DNA of 46,476 nucleotides. It comes from Alphaproteobacteria bacterium. GTDB lineage: Bacteria > Pseudomonadota > Alphaproteobacteria > SMXQ01. The position numbers were made by a program, and so were the translations under genes. The notes beneath the pieces are model-generated. The model searched no databases and was not told where the DNA came from. It saw nothing but the letters and a program-made list of their open reading frames with translations. The DNA is taken from positions 1-46,476 of the forward strand of contig JAPUGG010000226.1 of NCBI GenBank assembly GCA_027292975.1. The letters are read 5' to 3'. Below, piece by piece: positions 10,497 through 19,430 of the stretch (within the stretch, counting starts at the first letter, position 1; every line of letters begins with the position of its first letter).

Positions 10497-13400
10497 GTGC
10501 CGATGCTCGAAACCGCCGCCTCACCCGACGACACCGACCCCGATCCCAGCGCCCCCGCGGTGGTGATGGCGGAATTCGCGGTGCGTTTGGAGACCCTGGC
10601 GGCAAGCGACCGGCCGGTCGCCCAGTTACGCCCGGCGGTGCTCGATGCGGCGAGCGAAGCGCTTGCCCTGGCCCGCGCGGAAACCCGCGCGCGGTTTTTC
10701 GCGGGCGCGCTGAACGGCACCCAACTGGTCGCCGCCAACGCCGCGATGACCGATGGGCTGATCTCGGCGCTGTTCGAGTTCACCACCGGCACCGTCTACC
10801 CCCGCGCCAATCCCACCGCCGGGGAGCGTATGGCGCTGGTGGCCGTGGGCGGTTATGGCCGGGCCGAACTGGCGCCCCATTCCGACATCGACCTCCTGTT
10901 CCTGCTGCCCTACAAGCAGAACGCCTTTACCGAACAGGTCATCGAATACATCCTCTATCTGCTGTGGGATCTCGGCTTCAAGGTGGGCCAGGCGATCCGG
11001 TCGGTGGACGAGTGCATGCGGCGCGGCAAGAGCGACATCACCATCCGCACCGCCATGCTGGAGACCCGGCTGGTGGCCGGCGAGGCGGAGCTGTTCGAGA
11101 CCCTGCGCGCCCGCTTCCGGGCGGAAATCGCCGAGGGTACCGGGCCGGCATTCGTCGAAGCCAAGCTCGCCGAGCGCGACCAACGGCATAAGCGGACCGG
11201 CGATTCGCGTTACGTTTTGGAGCCCAACGTCAAGGAAGGCAAGGGCGGCCTTCGCGACCTTCATACGCTGTTCTGGATCGCCAAATACATTTACGGGGTG
11301 GAAGAGATCCCCGCCATGGTGGCGCTCGGCGTGATTTCCGAGCGCGAGGCCAGGCGCTTCGCCAAGGCCCAGAATTACCTGTCCACGGTGCGTGCCTATC
11401 TTCATTACCTGACCGACCGGGAAGAAGACCGCCTGACCTTCGACATGCAGGAACGGGTGTCGGGACTGATGGGCTATACCGACCATGCCGGCGCCCGCGC
11501 GGTCGAACGGTTCATGAAGCACTACTACCTCTATGCCAAGGAAGTGGGCGACCTTACCCGCATCTTCTGCGCCGCGCTGGAAGATCAGCACAAGCGCCGC
11601 CCGCGCTTGCGGTTCCCCACCTTCGGCCGGGGGCGCCGGGTGGTCGACGGATTCGTCATCGAGAAAGGCCGCGTCCGGGCCGAGCACGAGGATCTTTTCC
11701 GCAAGGATCCCGTGGCGTTGCTGCGGCTTTTCACCGTCGCCCATGGGGAACAGGTGGATATCCACCCCGAGACGTTCCGGCTCATCACCCGGTCCCTGCC
11801 CCTGATCGATGATGGATTGCGCCGTGATGCCGAAGCCAACCGGTTGTTCCTGGATCTCCTGACCGCGGAGCGAAACCCGGAAACCATGCTACGGCACATG
11901 AACGAGGCCGGGGTGTTCGGCCGGTTCGTGCCCGATTTCGGCCGCGTCGTCGCGCAGATGCAGCACGACATGTATCACGTCTACACCGTCGACGAGCACA
12001 CCATTCGCGCCTTGGGCATCCTCCATCGCATCGAGGCGGGCGAGTTCCGCGAGGACATGCCGGTGGCCAGCGAGGTCATCCATAAACTGGATTCGCGCCG
12101 GGCGCTTTACCTGGCGCTGCTGCTTCACGACATCGCCAAGGGCCGCGGCGGCGATCATTCGGAGATCGGCGCCGAAATTGCGCTGCGGCTGGGGCCGCGG
12201 CTGGGGCTCAGCGGGGAAGAGACCGAGACTGTCGCCTGGCTGGTGCGTCACCATCTCGTGATGAGCAACACCGCCTTCCGCCGCGATATCGACGATCCCA
12301 AGACGATGACTGATTTTGTCGAGGTGGTGCAGTCGCCGGAACGCCTGCGCCTTCTCTTGTGCCTGACCGTCGCCGATATCCGCGCGGTCGGCCCCAATGT
12401 CTGGAACGGCTGGAAAGCGGCGCTGTTGCGCGAACTTTATTACGCCGCCGAAGACATGATGTCGGGCCAGTTGACGGCGCGCGGCCGGTCCGAGCGGGCC
12501 GAAGCCGCCAAGGATGGTCTCCGCGCCCGCCTCAAAGATTGGAGCGACGAGGAATTCGACCAATTCGCGTCCCGGCCCCCGGCCCCTTATTGGCTCGCCT
12601 TCGATGGCGACACCTTGCACCGCCACGCAAAGCTGATCGCCGGCGCCAGGGATGACGACGCGCCGCTGGTCATCGATCTCAGTGTCGACCGGTTCCGCGC
12701 CATCACCGAGGTGATGATCTACACCATCGACGATTGGGGCTTGTTCTCGCGGATCGCCGGCGCCATGGCGCTCGCGGGCGCCAATATCGTCGATGCCAAG
12801 ATTTTCACCATGAGCGACGGCATGGCGCTGGATACGTTCTGGATCCAGGACGTCAACGGCGAGGCTTACGGCGAACCGCGGGCGCTGCGCCGGCTCGAAG
12901 ATACCCTGGAACGGGTGATTTCCACACAGCGCCGTCTGCCCAAGCGGCTCTCCATAAAGACCATCTTGCCCGCCCGCACCCGGGTGTTCCGCGATCAGCC
13001 CCGGGTGATGATCGACAACTCGGCATCCGCCACCAATACCCTGATCGAGGTCAACGGCCGCGACCGGCCCGGATTCCTGTACGACGTCACCACCGCCGTC
13101 ACCGAGTTGAACCTGCAGGTCTCCTCGGCCAAGATCGCCACCTTCGGCACCCGCGCCGTCGACGTCTTCTACGTCAAGGATCTGTTCGGCCTCAAGGTCA
13201 CCCATGAGGGGCGCTTAGAGACCATCCGCGAGCGCTTGTTGGAGGCGATCCGCGAACCGGATTCCGATGCCCAGGAGATGCCCCACAAGGCTAAGGCGCC
13301 GGCTTCGACGCCCGCCAAGGGGGCGGCAAGGGGCAAGGCCGTGTCGAGCCCGGCAGGGAAGGCCCCGGCCAAGAAAAGGGCGGCCAAGAAAAGGCGTTCC

Positions 13401-13541
13401 CCGGCCCGCACCGCCAAGGCCAAAGCCCCGACATCCAAGGCCAAAGCAGCGACAGCCAAGAGTAGCACCGTCAAGGGGTCGCAAAAATCCGCGACGCCCA
13501 TCACCAAAGGGGCCGCAAAGGCCGTGACCAAGGCGAACTAG
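10497..13541 (+). CDS. glnD: [Protein-PII] uridylyltransferase/uridylyl-removing enzyme GlnD, with an unusual basic C-terminal tail
   Basis: 1014 aa. Nucleotidyltransferase motif GGYGRAELAPHSDIDLLFL, HD domain (LLLHDIAKGRGGDH), and two ACT-like regions. The last ~90 aa are K/A/P-rich low complexity. The start is GTG 10497 or ATG 10503. Confidence 0.93.
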   Translation: MPMLETAASPDDTDPDPSAPAVVMAEFAVRLETLAASDRPVAQLRPAVLDAASEALALARAETRARFFAGALNGTQLVAANAAMTDGLISALFEFTTGTVYPRANPTAGERMALVAVGGYGRAELAPHSDIDLLFLLPYKQNAFTEQVIEYILYLLWDLGFKVGQAIRSVDECMRRGKSDITIRTAMLETRLVAGEAELFETLRARFRAEIAEGTGPAFVEAKLAERDQRHKRTGDSRYVLEPNVKEGKGGLRDLHTLFWIAKYIYGVEEIPAMVALGVISEREARRFAKAQNYLSTVRAYLHYLTDREEDRLTFDMQERVSGLMGYTDHAGARAVERFMKHYYLYAKEVGDLTRIFCAALEDQHKRRPRLRFPTFGRGRRVVDGFVIEKGRVRAEHEDLFRKDPVALLRLFTVAHGEQVDIHPETFRLITRSLPLIDDGLRRDAEANRLFLDLLTAERNPETMLRHMNEAGVFGRFVPDFGRVVAQMQHDMYHVYTVDEHTIRALGILHRIEAGEFREDMPVASEVIHKLDSRRALYLALLLHDIAKGRGGDHSEIGAEIALRLGPRLGLSGEETETVAWLVRHHLVMSNTAFRRDIDDPKTMTDFVEVVQSPERLRLLLCLTVADIRAVGPNVWNGWKAALLRELYYAAEDMMSGQLTARGRSERAEAAKDGLRARLKDWSDEEFDQFASRPPAPYWLAFDGDTLHRHAKLIAGARDDDAPLVIDLSVDRFRAITEVMIYTIDDWGLFSRIAGAMALAGANIVDAKIFTMSDGMALDTFWIQDVNGEAYGEPRALRRLEDTLERVISTQRRLPKRLSIKTILPARTRVFRDQPRVMIDNSASATNTLIEVNGRDRPGFLYDVTTAVTELNLQVSSAKIATFGTRAVDVFYVKDLFGLKVTHEGRLETIRERLLEAIREPDSDAQEMPHKAKAPASTPAKGAARGKAVSSPAGKAPAKKRAAKKRRSPARTAKAKAPTSKAKAATAKSSTVKGSQKSATPITKGAAKAVTKAN

Positions 13542-13557
13542 AGCACTTTATTAGCTC

Positions 13558-15150
13558 ATGGCGCTGATTCGCTCCATCACCACCGTCGGCGGCTTCACCC
13601 TGGCAAGCCGTCTCGCCGGTTTCGCGCGCGACGTCTTGTTGGCGGCGGTGCTCGGCGCCGGGCCTGCCGCGGACGTCTTTTTCGTCGCCTTCAAGTTCCC
13701 CAATCTGTTCCGGCGCCTGTTCGCCGAAGGAGCCTTGGCCGCGGCCTTCGTGCCCATCTATTCGGGGCTGTTGGTAACCGCGGGGCGCGAAGCGGCGCGC
13801 CGCTTCGCCGAAGACGCGCTGGCGGTGTTGCTGGTGGTATTGTTCGTTTTCGTGGCCGCCCTCGAACTGTTGATGCCGTACGCGATGATGGGCCTGGCGC
13901 CGGGCTTCCTATCGGATCCGGAGAAGTTCGCCTTCGCCGTCGAACTGGCCCGCATCACCTTTCCCTATCTCCTGTTCATCTCCTTGGTCGCCCTGATGGG
14001 GGCGGTGTTGAACGCCCATGGCCGGTTTGCCGCGCCCGCCGCCACCCCGGTGATCCTCAATATCGTGATGATCGCGGCGATCCTGAGCTGGAGCCAATTC
14101 GCCCGTTCGCCCGCCGTGGGGCTGGCCTGGGCGGTGGCGGTGGCGGGCATCCTGCAGTTCGTCTGGCTCGGTCTCATGCTCGCCCGCGACGGCCATGCCC
14201 TGGGCTTGCGTCTCCCCCGGTTCACGCCCCAGGTGAAAAAGTTGCTGCGCCTGATGCTGCCGATCGCGCTGGGCGCCGGGGTCTATCAGATCAACGTGGT
14301 GGTGGACCTGGTCATCGGTTCGTTGCTGCCGTCGGGCACCATCTCGTACCTGTATTACGCCGACCGGGTCAACCAGCTGCCCTTGGGGGTGATCGGCATC
14401 GCCGTCGCCACGGCGCTGTTGCCGTTGCTGTCGCGCCAGATTCGCGCCGGAGACGAGGCGGGCGCCATGGAAAGCCAAAACCGGGCGCTGGAATTCGCCC
14501 TGCTGTTGACGGTGCCCGCCGCCTTTGCGCTGATCGCCGTCGCCGGTCCGGTGATCGCCGTGCTGTTCGGCCGGGGCGCCTTCGGTGCCGACGCCCAGGA
14601 GGCAACGGCTTGGGTGCTGGCCGCCTATGCCCTCGGCCTGCCCGCCCACGTGGTGGTCAAGGTGCTGGCGACGGGCTATTTTGCCCGCCAGGACACCAAG
14701 ACCCCGGTCAAGATCGGGGTGCTGGCTTTGGTCGTGAACGTCGTGGCGAACCTCATCCTGATGGGGCCGTTGGCCCATGTCGGGATCGCCCTAGCGACCT
14801 CCATTTCCGCCTGGGTCAACGCCGGGCTGTTGGCCCGAGGCCTTTACCGCGGCGGGCGGTTGAGGCCGGATAGCGGCGTGCGGCGCAAATTGCCCCGCAT
14901 CGTCATCGCCTCCGCCGTCATGGCCGGCGCGGTCGGCGCCGTGGCGGCGGCCGGTGAAACCCTGCTGGCGGGGTCCGAGCCGGTGCGCATCGCCGCCGTG
15001 GCGGCGCTGGTGATCGGCGGGGTGGTCCTTTACGCGGCCCTGGCGCAAATTTCCGGCGCCGTCTCCCTGGCCGAACTCAAGCGGTCGCTGGCGCCGGGCG
15101 CGGCGGACCAAGGCGCGGCGACGGCCGGCGGCGATGCGCCGTTCCCTTGA
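13558..15150 (+). CDS. murJ: Lipid II flippase MurJ (MviN)
   Basis: 530-aa polytopic membrane protein. N-terminus MALIRS..TLASRLAGFARDV and ...FVPIYS... are typical of MurJ. The glnD-murJ-trpS order is conserved in alphaproteobacteria. Confidence 0.93.
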   Translation: MALIRSITTVGGFTLASRLAGFARDVLLAAVLGAGPAADVFFVAFKFPNLFRRLFAEGALAAAFVPIYSGLLVTAGREAARRFAEDALAVLLVVLFVFVAALELLMPYAMMGLAPGFLSDPEKFAFAVELARITFPYLLFISLVALMGAVLNAHGRFAAPAATPVILNIVMIAAILSWSQFARSPAVGLAWAVAVAGILQFVWLGLMLARDGHALGLRLPRFTPQVKKLLRLMLPIALGAGVYQINVVVDLVIGSLLPSGTISYLYYADRVNQLPLGVIGIAVATALLPLLSRQIRAGDEAGAMESQNRALEFALLLTVPAAFALIAVAGPVIAVLFGRGAFGADAQEATAWVLAAYALGLPAHVVVKVLATGYFARQDTKTPVKIGVLALVVNVVANLILMGPLAHVGIALATSISAWVNAGLLARGLYRGGRLRPDSGVRRKLPRIVIASAVMAGAVGAVAAAGETLLAGSEPVRIAAVAALVIGGVVLYAALAQISGAVSLAELKRSLAPGAADQGAATAGGDAPFP

Positions 15151-15214
15151 CCGGGACCACCCTTTGAGGCCATAAAAACCGCCCGTGACCGGGCAAGCCA
15201 TGGCGAGTGGGACT

Positions 15215-16213
15215 ATGAACCGCATTTTCTCGGGCGTTCAGCCCACCGGCAACCTGCACCTCGGCAATTACCTGGGGGCGATCCGCAATTGGGTGGATCT
15301 CCAGGGCGATTTCGACTGCATCTTTTGCATCGTCGATCTGCACGCCTTGACCCTGCCCCAGGACCCGAAGGCATTGCGCAACCACACCCGCGAGGTGACC
15401 GCCGCCTATCTCGCCGCCGGGATCGATCCCGAGAAGTGCATCATCTTCAACCAGTCCGCGGTGCCGGGACACGCGGAGCTGGCCTGGCTGTTCGCCTGCG
15501 TAACCCCGTTGGGCTGGCTCAACCGCATGACCCAGTTCAAGGAAAAGGCGGGCAAGCGGCGGGAAAACGCCGGCCTGGGACTTTACGCCTATCCCGTCCT
15601 CATGGCCGCCGATATTCTCCTTTACAAGGCCACCCACGTGCCCGTGGGCGAGGACCAGAAGCAGCACCTGGAACTCGCCCGCGACATCGCCGGTGCCTTC
15701 AACCGGCAGTTCGAGACCGACTATTTCTCCTTGCCCGAACCCCAGATCCTGGGCGCCGCGGACCGGGTGATGAGCCTGCGCGACGGCACCGCCAAGATGA
15801 GCAAGTCCGATAAGTCGGATTACTCGCGCATCAACATGACCGATGACGCCGACACCATCGCCCTCAAGATCCGCAAAGCGCGGACCGATCCCGAACCCCT
15901 GCCGGAGACCGTCGAGGGGCTCGAAGGCCGTGCCGAGGCCGACAACCTGGTGGGCATCTATGCGGCGCTCACGCGGACCGGCCGGGCCGAAATCCTCGGC
16001 CAGTTCGGCGGGGCGATGTTTTCGGAATTCAAAGATGCGCTGGCCGGCGTGGCGGTCGATGCGCTCGGCCCCATCGCTTCGGAAATGCAGCGCCTGGTGG
16101 CCGAGCCCGGCTATGTCGATGGGGTGTTACGCCGCGGCGCCGAACGCGCCGGCGAGATCGCGGATCGCCACCTTTCGGAAATTCATCGCATCGTAGGCCT
16201 GTTGCGCCCCTGA
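15215..16213 (+). CDS. trpS: Tryptophan--tRNA ligase
   Basis: ORF trimmed to ATG 15215 ([22 protein letters not shown]). HIGH-type motif and KMSKS present. Confidence 0.95.
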   Translation: MNRIFSGVQPTGNLHLGNYLGAIRNWVDLQGDFDCIFCIVDLHALTLPQDPKALRNHTREVTAAYLAAGIDPEKCIIFNQSAVPGHAELAWLFACVTPLGWLNRMTQFKEKAGKRRENAGLGLYAYPVLMAADILLYKATHVPVGEDQKQHLELARDIAGAFNRQFETDYFSLPEPQILGAADRVMSLRDGTAKMSKSDKSDYSRINMTDDADTIALKIRKARTDPEPLPETVEGLEGRAEADNLVGIYAALTRTGRAEILGQFGGAMFSEFKDALAGVAVDALGPIASEMQRLVAEPGYVDGVLRRGAERAGEIADRHLSEIHRIVGLLRP

Positions 16214-16255
16214 CCACCCCGGGGGGCCGAGCCGCCCAGGGGCGTTATTTTTCTT
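16205..16255 (+). terminator. Putative intrinsic terminator of trpS
   Basis: An 8-bp stem, CGCCCCTG (16205-16212) pairing with CAGGGGCG (16237-16244), encloses a CCCC/GGGG inner hairpin and is followed by TTATTTTTCTT. The 5' arm overlaps the trpS stop codon. Confidence 0.5.
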
Positions 16256-16329
16256 GCGCTTTTACCGGGTACGGCGCACAAACGATGCTCTAACCCGACC
16301 CAGCGCCGCCAAGGGCGTCACCATCCCCC

Positions 16330-17247
16330 ATGCAGATTTATCTGCCGATCGCCGAAATTTCCCTCGATGTGTTCCTGCTATTCGCCATGGGCGGCGGGGT
16401 GGGGTTCCTCTCCGGCCTGTTCGGGGTCGGCGGCGGTTTTCTGATGACGCCGCTGCTGATCTTCATCGGCGTCTCTCCGGCGGTCGCGGTGGCGTCGGAA
16501 GCCAATCAGGTGGTGGCGGCGTCGGCCTCGGGCGTGCTCGTCCATATGCGCCGGGGCCATGTCGATTTCAAGATGGGTTCGGTGCTGTTGGCCGGCGGCA
16601 TCGCCGGGTCGAGCTTCGGCGTGTGGCTCTATTCGCTGCTGCGCGCCATGGGCCAGTTGGATTTGGTGATCTCGCTCTCCTACGTGGCGTTCCTCGGAAT
16701 CATCGGCTCTTTGATGTTAGGTGAATCGGTGCGCGCCGTCCTGCGCCGCGGCCGGGCCGGTGCCGCCCGGCGCAAGCTGCACCAGCACACCTGGCTGCAC
16801 GGGCTTCCTTTCAAGATCAGGTTCCGCAAGTCCAAACTCTATATCAGCGCGCTTTTACCGCTCGCCATCGGCTTCTTCGTCGGCATCCTTTCGGCCATCA
16901 TGGGCGTCGGCGGCGGCTTCATCATCGTGCCGGTGATGATCTACGTGCTGGGCATGCCGACCATTACGGTGGTGGGGACGTCGCTGTTCCAGATCATTTT
17001 CGTGACCGCCAATGTCACCTTCCTGCAGGCGGTCAACAACCAGACCGTGGACGTGTTTCTGGCACTGATCCTGCTCACCGGCGGCGTCATCGGCGCCCAA
17101 TTCGGCGGCCGTTTCGCGGGGCGGCTGCCCGGTGAGTACCTGCGCCTTCTGCTCGGTGCGTTCGTGCTTTTCGTCGGCGCCGTGATGATGTTCACCTTGG
17201 TGGTGACCCCCGAAGATATCTATTCCCTCGGCGGCGGCGTCGGGTGA
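16330..17247 (+). CDS. TauE/SafE-family (DUF81) anion exporter-like membrane protein
   Basis: 305 aa, about 8 helices. Internally duplicated glycine-rich helices (GGGVGFLSGLFGVGGGFLMTP and GILSAIMGVGGGFIIVP) are characteristic of DUF81/TauE. Confidence 0.85.
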   Translation: MQIYLPIAEISLDVFLLFAMGGGVGFLSGLFGVGGGFLMTPLLIFIGVSPAVAVASEANQVVAASASGVLVHMRRGHVDFKMGSVLLAGGIAGSSFGVWLYSLLRAMGQLDLVISLSYVAFLGIIGSLMLGESVRAVLRRGRAGAARRKLHQHTWLHGLPFKIRFRKSKLYISALLPLAIGFFVGILSAIMGVGGGFIIVPVMIYVLGMPTITVVGTSLFQIIFVTANVTFLQAVNNQTVDVFLALILLTGGVIGAQFGGRFAGRLPGEYLRLLLGAFVLFVGAVMMFTLVVTPEDIYSLGGGVG

Positions 17248-17999
17248 TGACCGGGCGCGGCCTCAAAGTCCTGGCACTGGCGGCCGCCCTCGCCCTGGCG
17301 CCGGTCCATGGGGGCCTCAAAGCCCAGGGCCTGGTCGCCGATGCGTCGCGCCACCTGGTCGCCATCACCACCGGATTCGTCGGCACCGAAGTGCTGCTGT
17401 TCGGGGCCACCGAAGGGGAAGGCGACGTCATTATCGTCGTGCGCGGGCCGGCGCGGCGGGTGGTGGTGCGCCGCAAGGGGCGTCACGCGGGCATCTGGGT
17501 CAACGACGCGGAAATGACCTTCCGCGACGTGCCGTCCTACTACTGGCTGGCATCTTCAAAGCCCATCGAGACGCTTCTCCGGCCGGCGTCCGTCGATCGC
17601 CACGGGATCGGCGTCCAGCATCTGCGACTGGCCGCCGTGGGCAAGGTCGACGCCGACGACCTCGCCGGGTTCCGCGCCGCCTTGATCCGTAACAAGGTCC
17701 TCAATGGGCTGTACACGGTGCGGCCCCGGGATGTCAATTTCCTCGGCCAGCGCCTGTTCCGTTCGACCGTTTACTTTCCCGCCAACGTGCCCACCGGATC
17801 CTACACGGTCCACGTGTTTTTCGTCCGCAACGGGAGCGTCGCCAGCGCCCAGACCGTGCCGCTGACCATCGCCAAGATCGGCATCGGCGCCGATGTCTAC
17901 CGATTTGCCCACGCCTCGTCGGCCCTTTACGGCCTCATCGCCATCGCCATCGCCCTGCTCGCGGGACTGTTCGCGGGCGTCATCTTCAGAAAGGCCTAA
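17244..17999 (+). CDS. Alphaproteobacterial membrane-anchored protein (recalled as TIGR02186 / Alph_Pro_TM family)
   Basis: 251 aa. Signal-peptide-like N-terminus (LKVLALAAALALAPVHG) and a single C-terminal TM helix. The start overlaps the tauE-like stop as GTGATGA. The family assignment is from memory of the usual DUF81 neighbour and was not searched. Confidence 0.6.
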   Translation: MMTGRGLKVLALAAALALAPVHGGLKAQGLVADASRHLVAITTGFVGTEVLLFGATEGEGDVIIVVRGPARRVVVRRKGRHAGIWVNDAEMTFRDVPSYYWLASSKPIETLLRPASVDRHGIGVQHLRLAAVGKVDADDLAGFRAALIRNKVLNGLYTVRPRDVNFLGQRLFRSTVYFPANVPTGSYTVHVFFVRNGSVASAQTVPLTIAKIGIGADVYRFAHASSALYGLIAIAIALLAGLFAGVIFRKA

Positions 18000-18003
18000 G
18001 ACC

Positions 18004-18525
18004 ATGTCTCTCGGCAATGACAGCAACGGAAATTCCAACGCTGCACCGTCCGACGGCGGTGTGGTCGAGCGCATCTTCCTGGTCGTCATCGACGCCACCG
18101 AAGAGCATCACAAGGCGCTCAGGTTCGCGAGCCTCCGGGCCAAGCGCACCGGCGGCCGCGTGGCCCTGCTCTACGTCATCGAACCGGCCGAGTTCAAGCA
18201 CTGGATGGCGGTGGAGGACATCATGCGCCAGGAACGCCGGGAAGAGGCCGAAGCGCTGCTCCACGAGGTCTCCGCCGATGTCCAGGAACTGTCGGGCAAG
18301 ACGCCGGTCTATTTCCTGCGCGAGGGCAACCTTGCCGACGAGCTGTTGGACCTGATCAACGAAGAAAAAGGCATTTCCATCCTGGTGTTGGCGGCGGCGG
18401 CGGGCAAGAAGGGTCCCGGACCCCTGGTGTCGGCCCTGGCGGGCAAGGCGTCGGGCAGTCTCCGGGTGCCCTTGACCGTGGTCCCCGGTGATCTGACCGA
18501 CACGGAAATCGACGCCCTTACCTGA
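18004..18525 (+). CDS. Universal stress protein (UspA) family protein
   Basis: ORF trimmed to ATG 18004. The Usp-like layout is: IFLVVIDATEEHHKALRFA, then LLYVIEP, then ISILVLAA...G...GS, then VPLTVVP. Confidence 0.75.
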   Translation: MSLGNDSNGNSNAAPSDGGVVERIFLVVIDATEEHHKALRFASLRAKRTGGRVALLYVIEPAEFKHWMAVEDIMRQERREEAEALLHEVSADVQELSGKTPVYFLREGNLADELLDLINEEKGISILVLAAAAGKKGPGPLVSALAGKASGSLRVPLTVVPGDLTDTEIDALT

Positions 18526-18798
18526 TCCCCCCGCATCGGCCGGCGCGCTTTGTTGCGTCCAAAGGCCGACCGGGGACCGATTATTTCAAACTCGCCCGAT
18601 TTTCGCTGTATTAACCCTGACTGTTAATAACTTACTGATTTTAAATAAAATATTTGGCTTGATTTTGGTCGGTTCTTTATCCATTTTATGTCTTGGAGCC
18701 AAAAAGGAATGAGGCTGGCACGCGGGGCGCGCGGCCACCGGCGGACCAAAATGGGAAATAAGCACCCGTCCGCAAAAAATGCCTCAGGGAGCGCTTAG

Positions 18799-19356
18799 AT
18801 GTTCATTCAGACCGAACAGACACCCAACCCGGCGACGCTGAAGTTTCTTCCGGGCCTCACCGTGCTGGAGCGCGGCACCCTGGACATCACCGACCGGGAG
18901 GGCGCGAAGCGCTCGCCCCTGGCCACAGGCCTATTCGACGTCGATGGCGTGGCCGGTGTGTTCCTGGGGGGCGAATTCATCGCCGTCACCAAGACCGACG
19001 AACGGGATTGGGCGACCATGAAGCCGATGATCCTGGGTGCCATCATGGAGCATTACACGTCGGGCGCGCCGGTTGTGGATGACGCGGACGAGGTGGGGGA
19101 AGAGGCGTCCACGGGCGAGGACGACGATGAGATCGTGGTCCACATCAAGGAGCTTCTGGACACCAGGATTCGTCCCGCGGTGGCTCAGGACGGCGGCGAT
19201 ATCGTGTTTCGGCGGTTCGAGGACGGGATCGTGTTTCTGCACATGCAGGGCGCATGTTCCGGGTGCCCCAGTTCAACGGCGACGCTGAAGATGGGGATCG
19301 AAAATCTTCTCAAACATTTCATACCCGAGGTCAGAGAAGTTCGACCGGTCGAGTAG
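18799..19356 (+). CDS. NifU-family Fe-S cluster protein (Nfu N-terminal domain plus NifU C-terminal domain)
   Basis: 185 aa. MFIQTEQTPNPATLKFLPG N-terminal Nfu domain and C-terminal GACSGCPSS CxxC motif. GGGAG lies 7 nt upstream of the ATG. Confidence 0.92.
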   Translation: MFIQTEQTPNPATLKFLPGLTVLERGTLDITDREGAKRSPLATGLFDVDGVAGVFLGGEFIAVTKTDERDWATMKPMILGAIMEHYTSGAPVVDDADEVGEEASTGEDDDEIVVHIKELLDTRIRPAVAQDGGDIVFRRFEDGIVFLHMQGACSGCPSSTATLKMGIENLLKHFIPEVREVRPVE

Positions 19357-19430
19357 ACGAGGCTGGGCCGGGCTTCGATGCAGAGACGGGCCGATTGGGG
19401 GCGGCCGTCTTTCGCAGTCTGAAAGGATTT

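Noticed and set aside
18612-18650. Multiple TTAA motifs in the AT-rich island, considered as CtrA boxes (TTAA-N7-TTAA).
   Set aside because: The spacings between TTAA pairs are 9 and 13 nt, not 7. There is no valid full CtrA box.
18716-18730. TGGCAC-N5-GCGC, resembling a sigma54 -24/-12 promoter, upstream of the NifU-type gene.
   Set aside because: Only the GG and GC dinucleotides match. The -12 element lacks the TTGC context, and no enhancer-binding protein gene or nif context is nearby. This is likely chance in GC-rich DNA.
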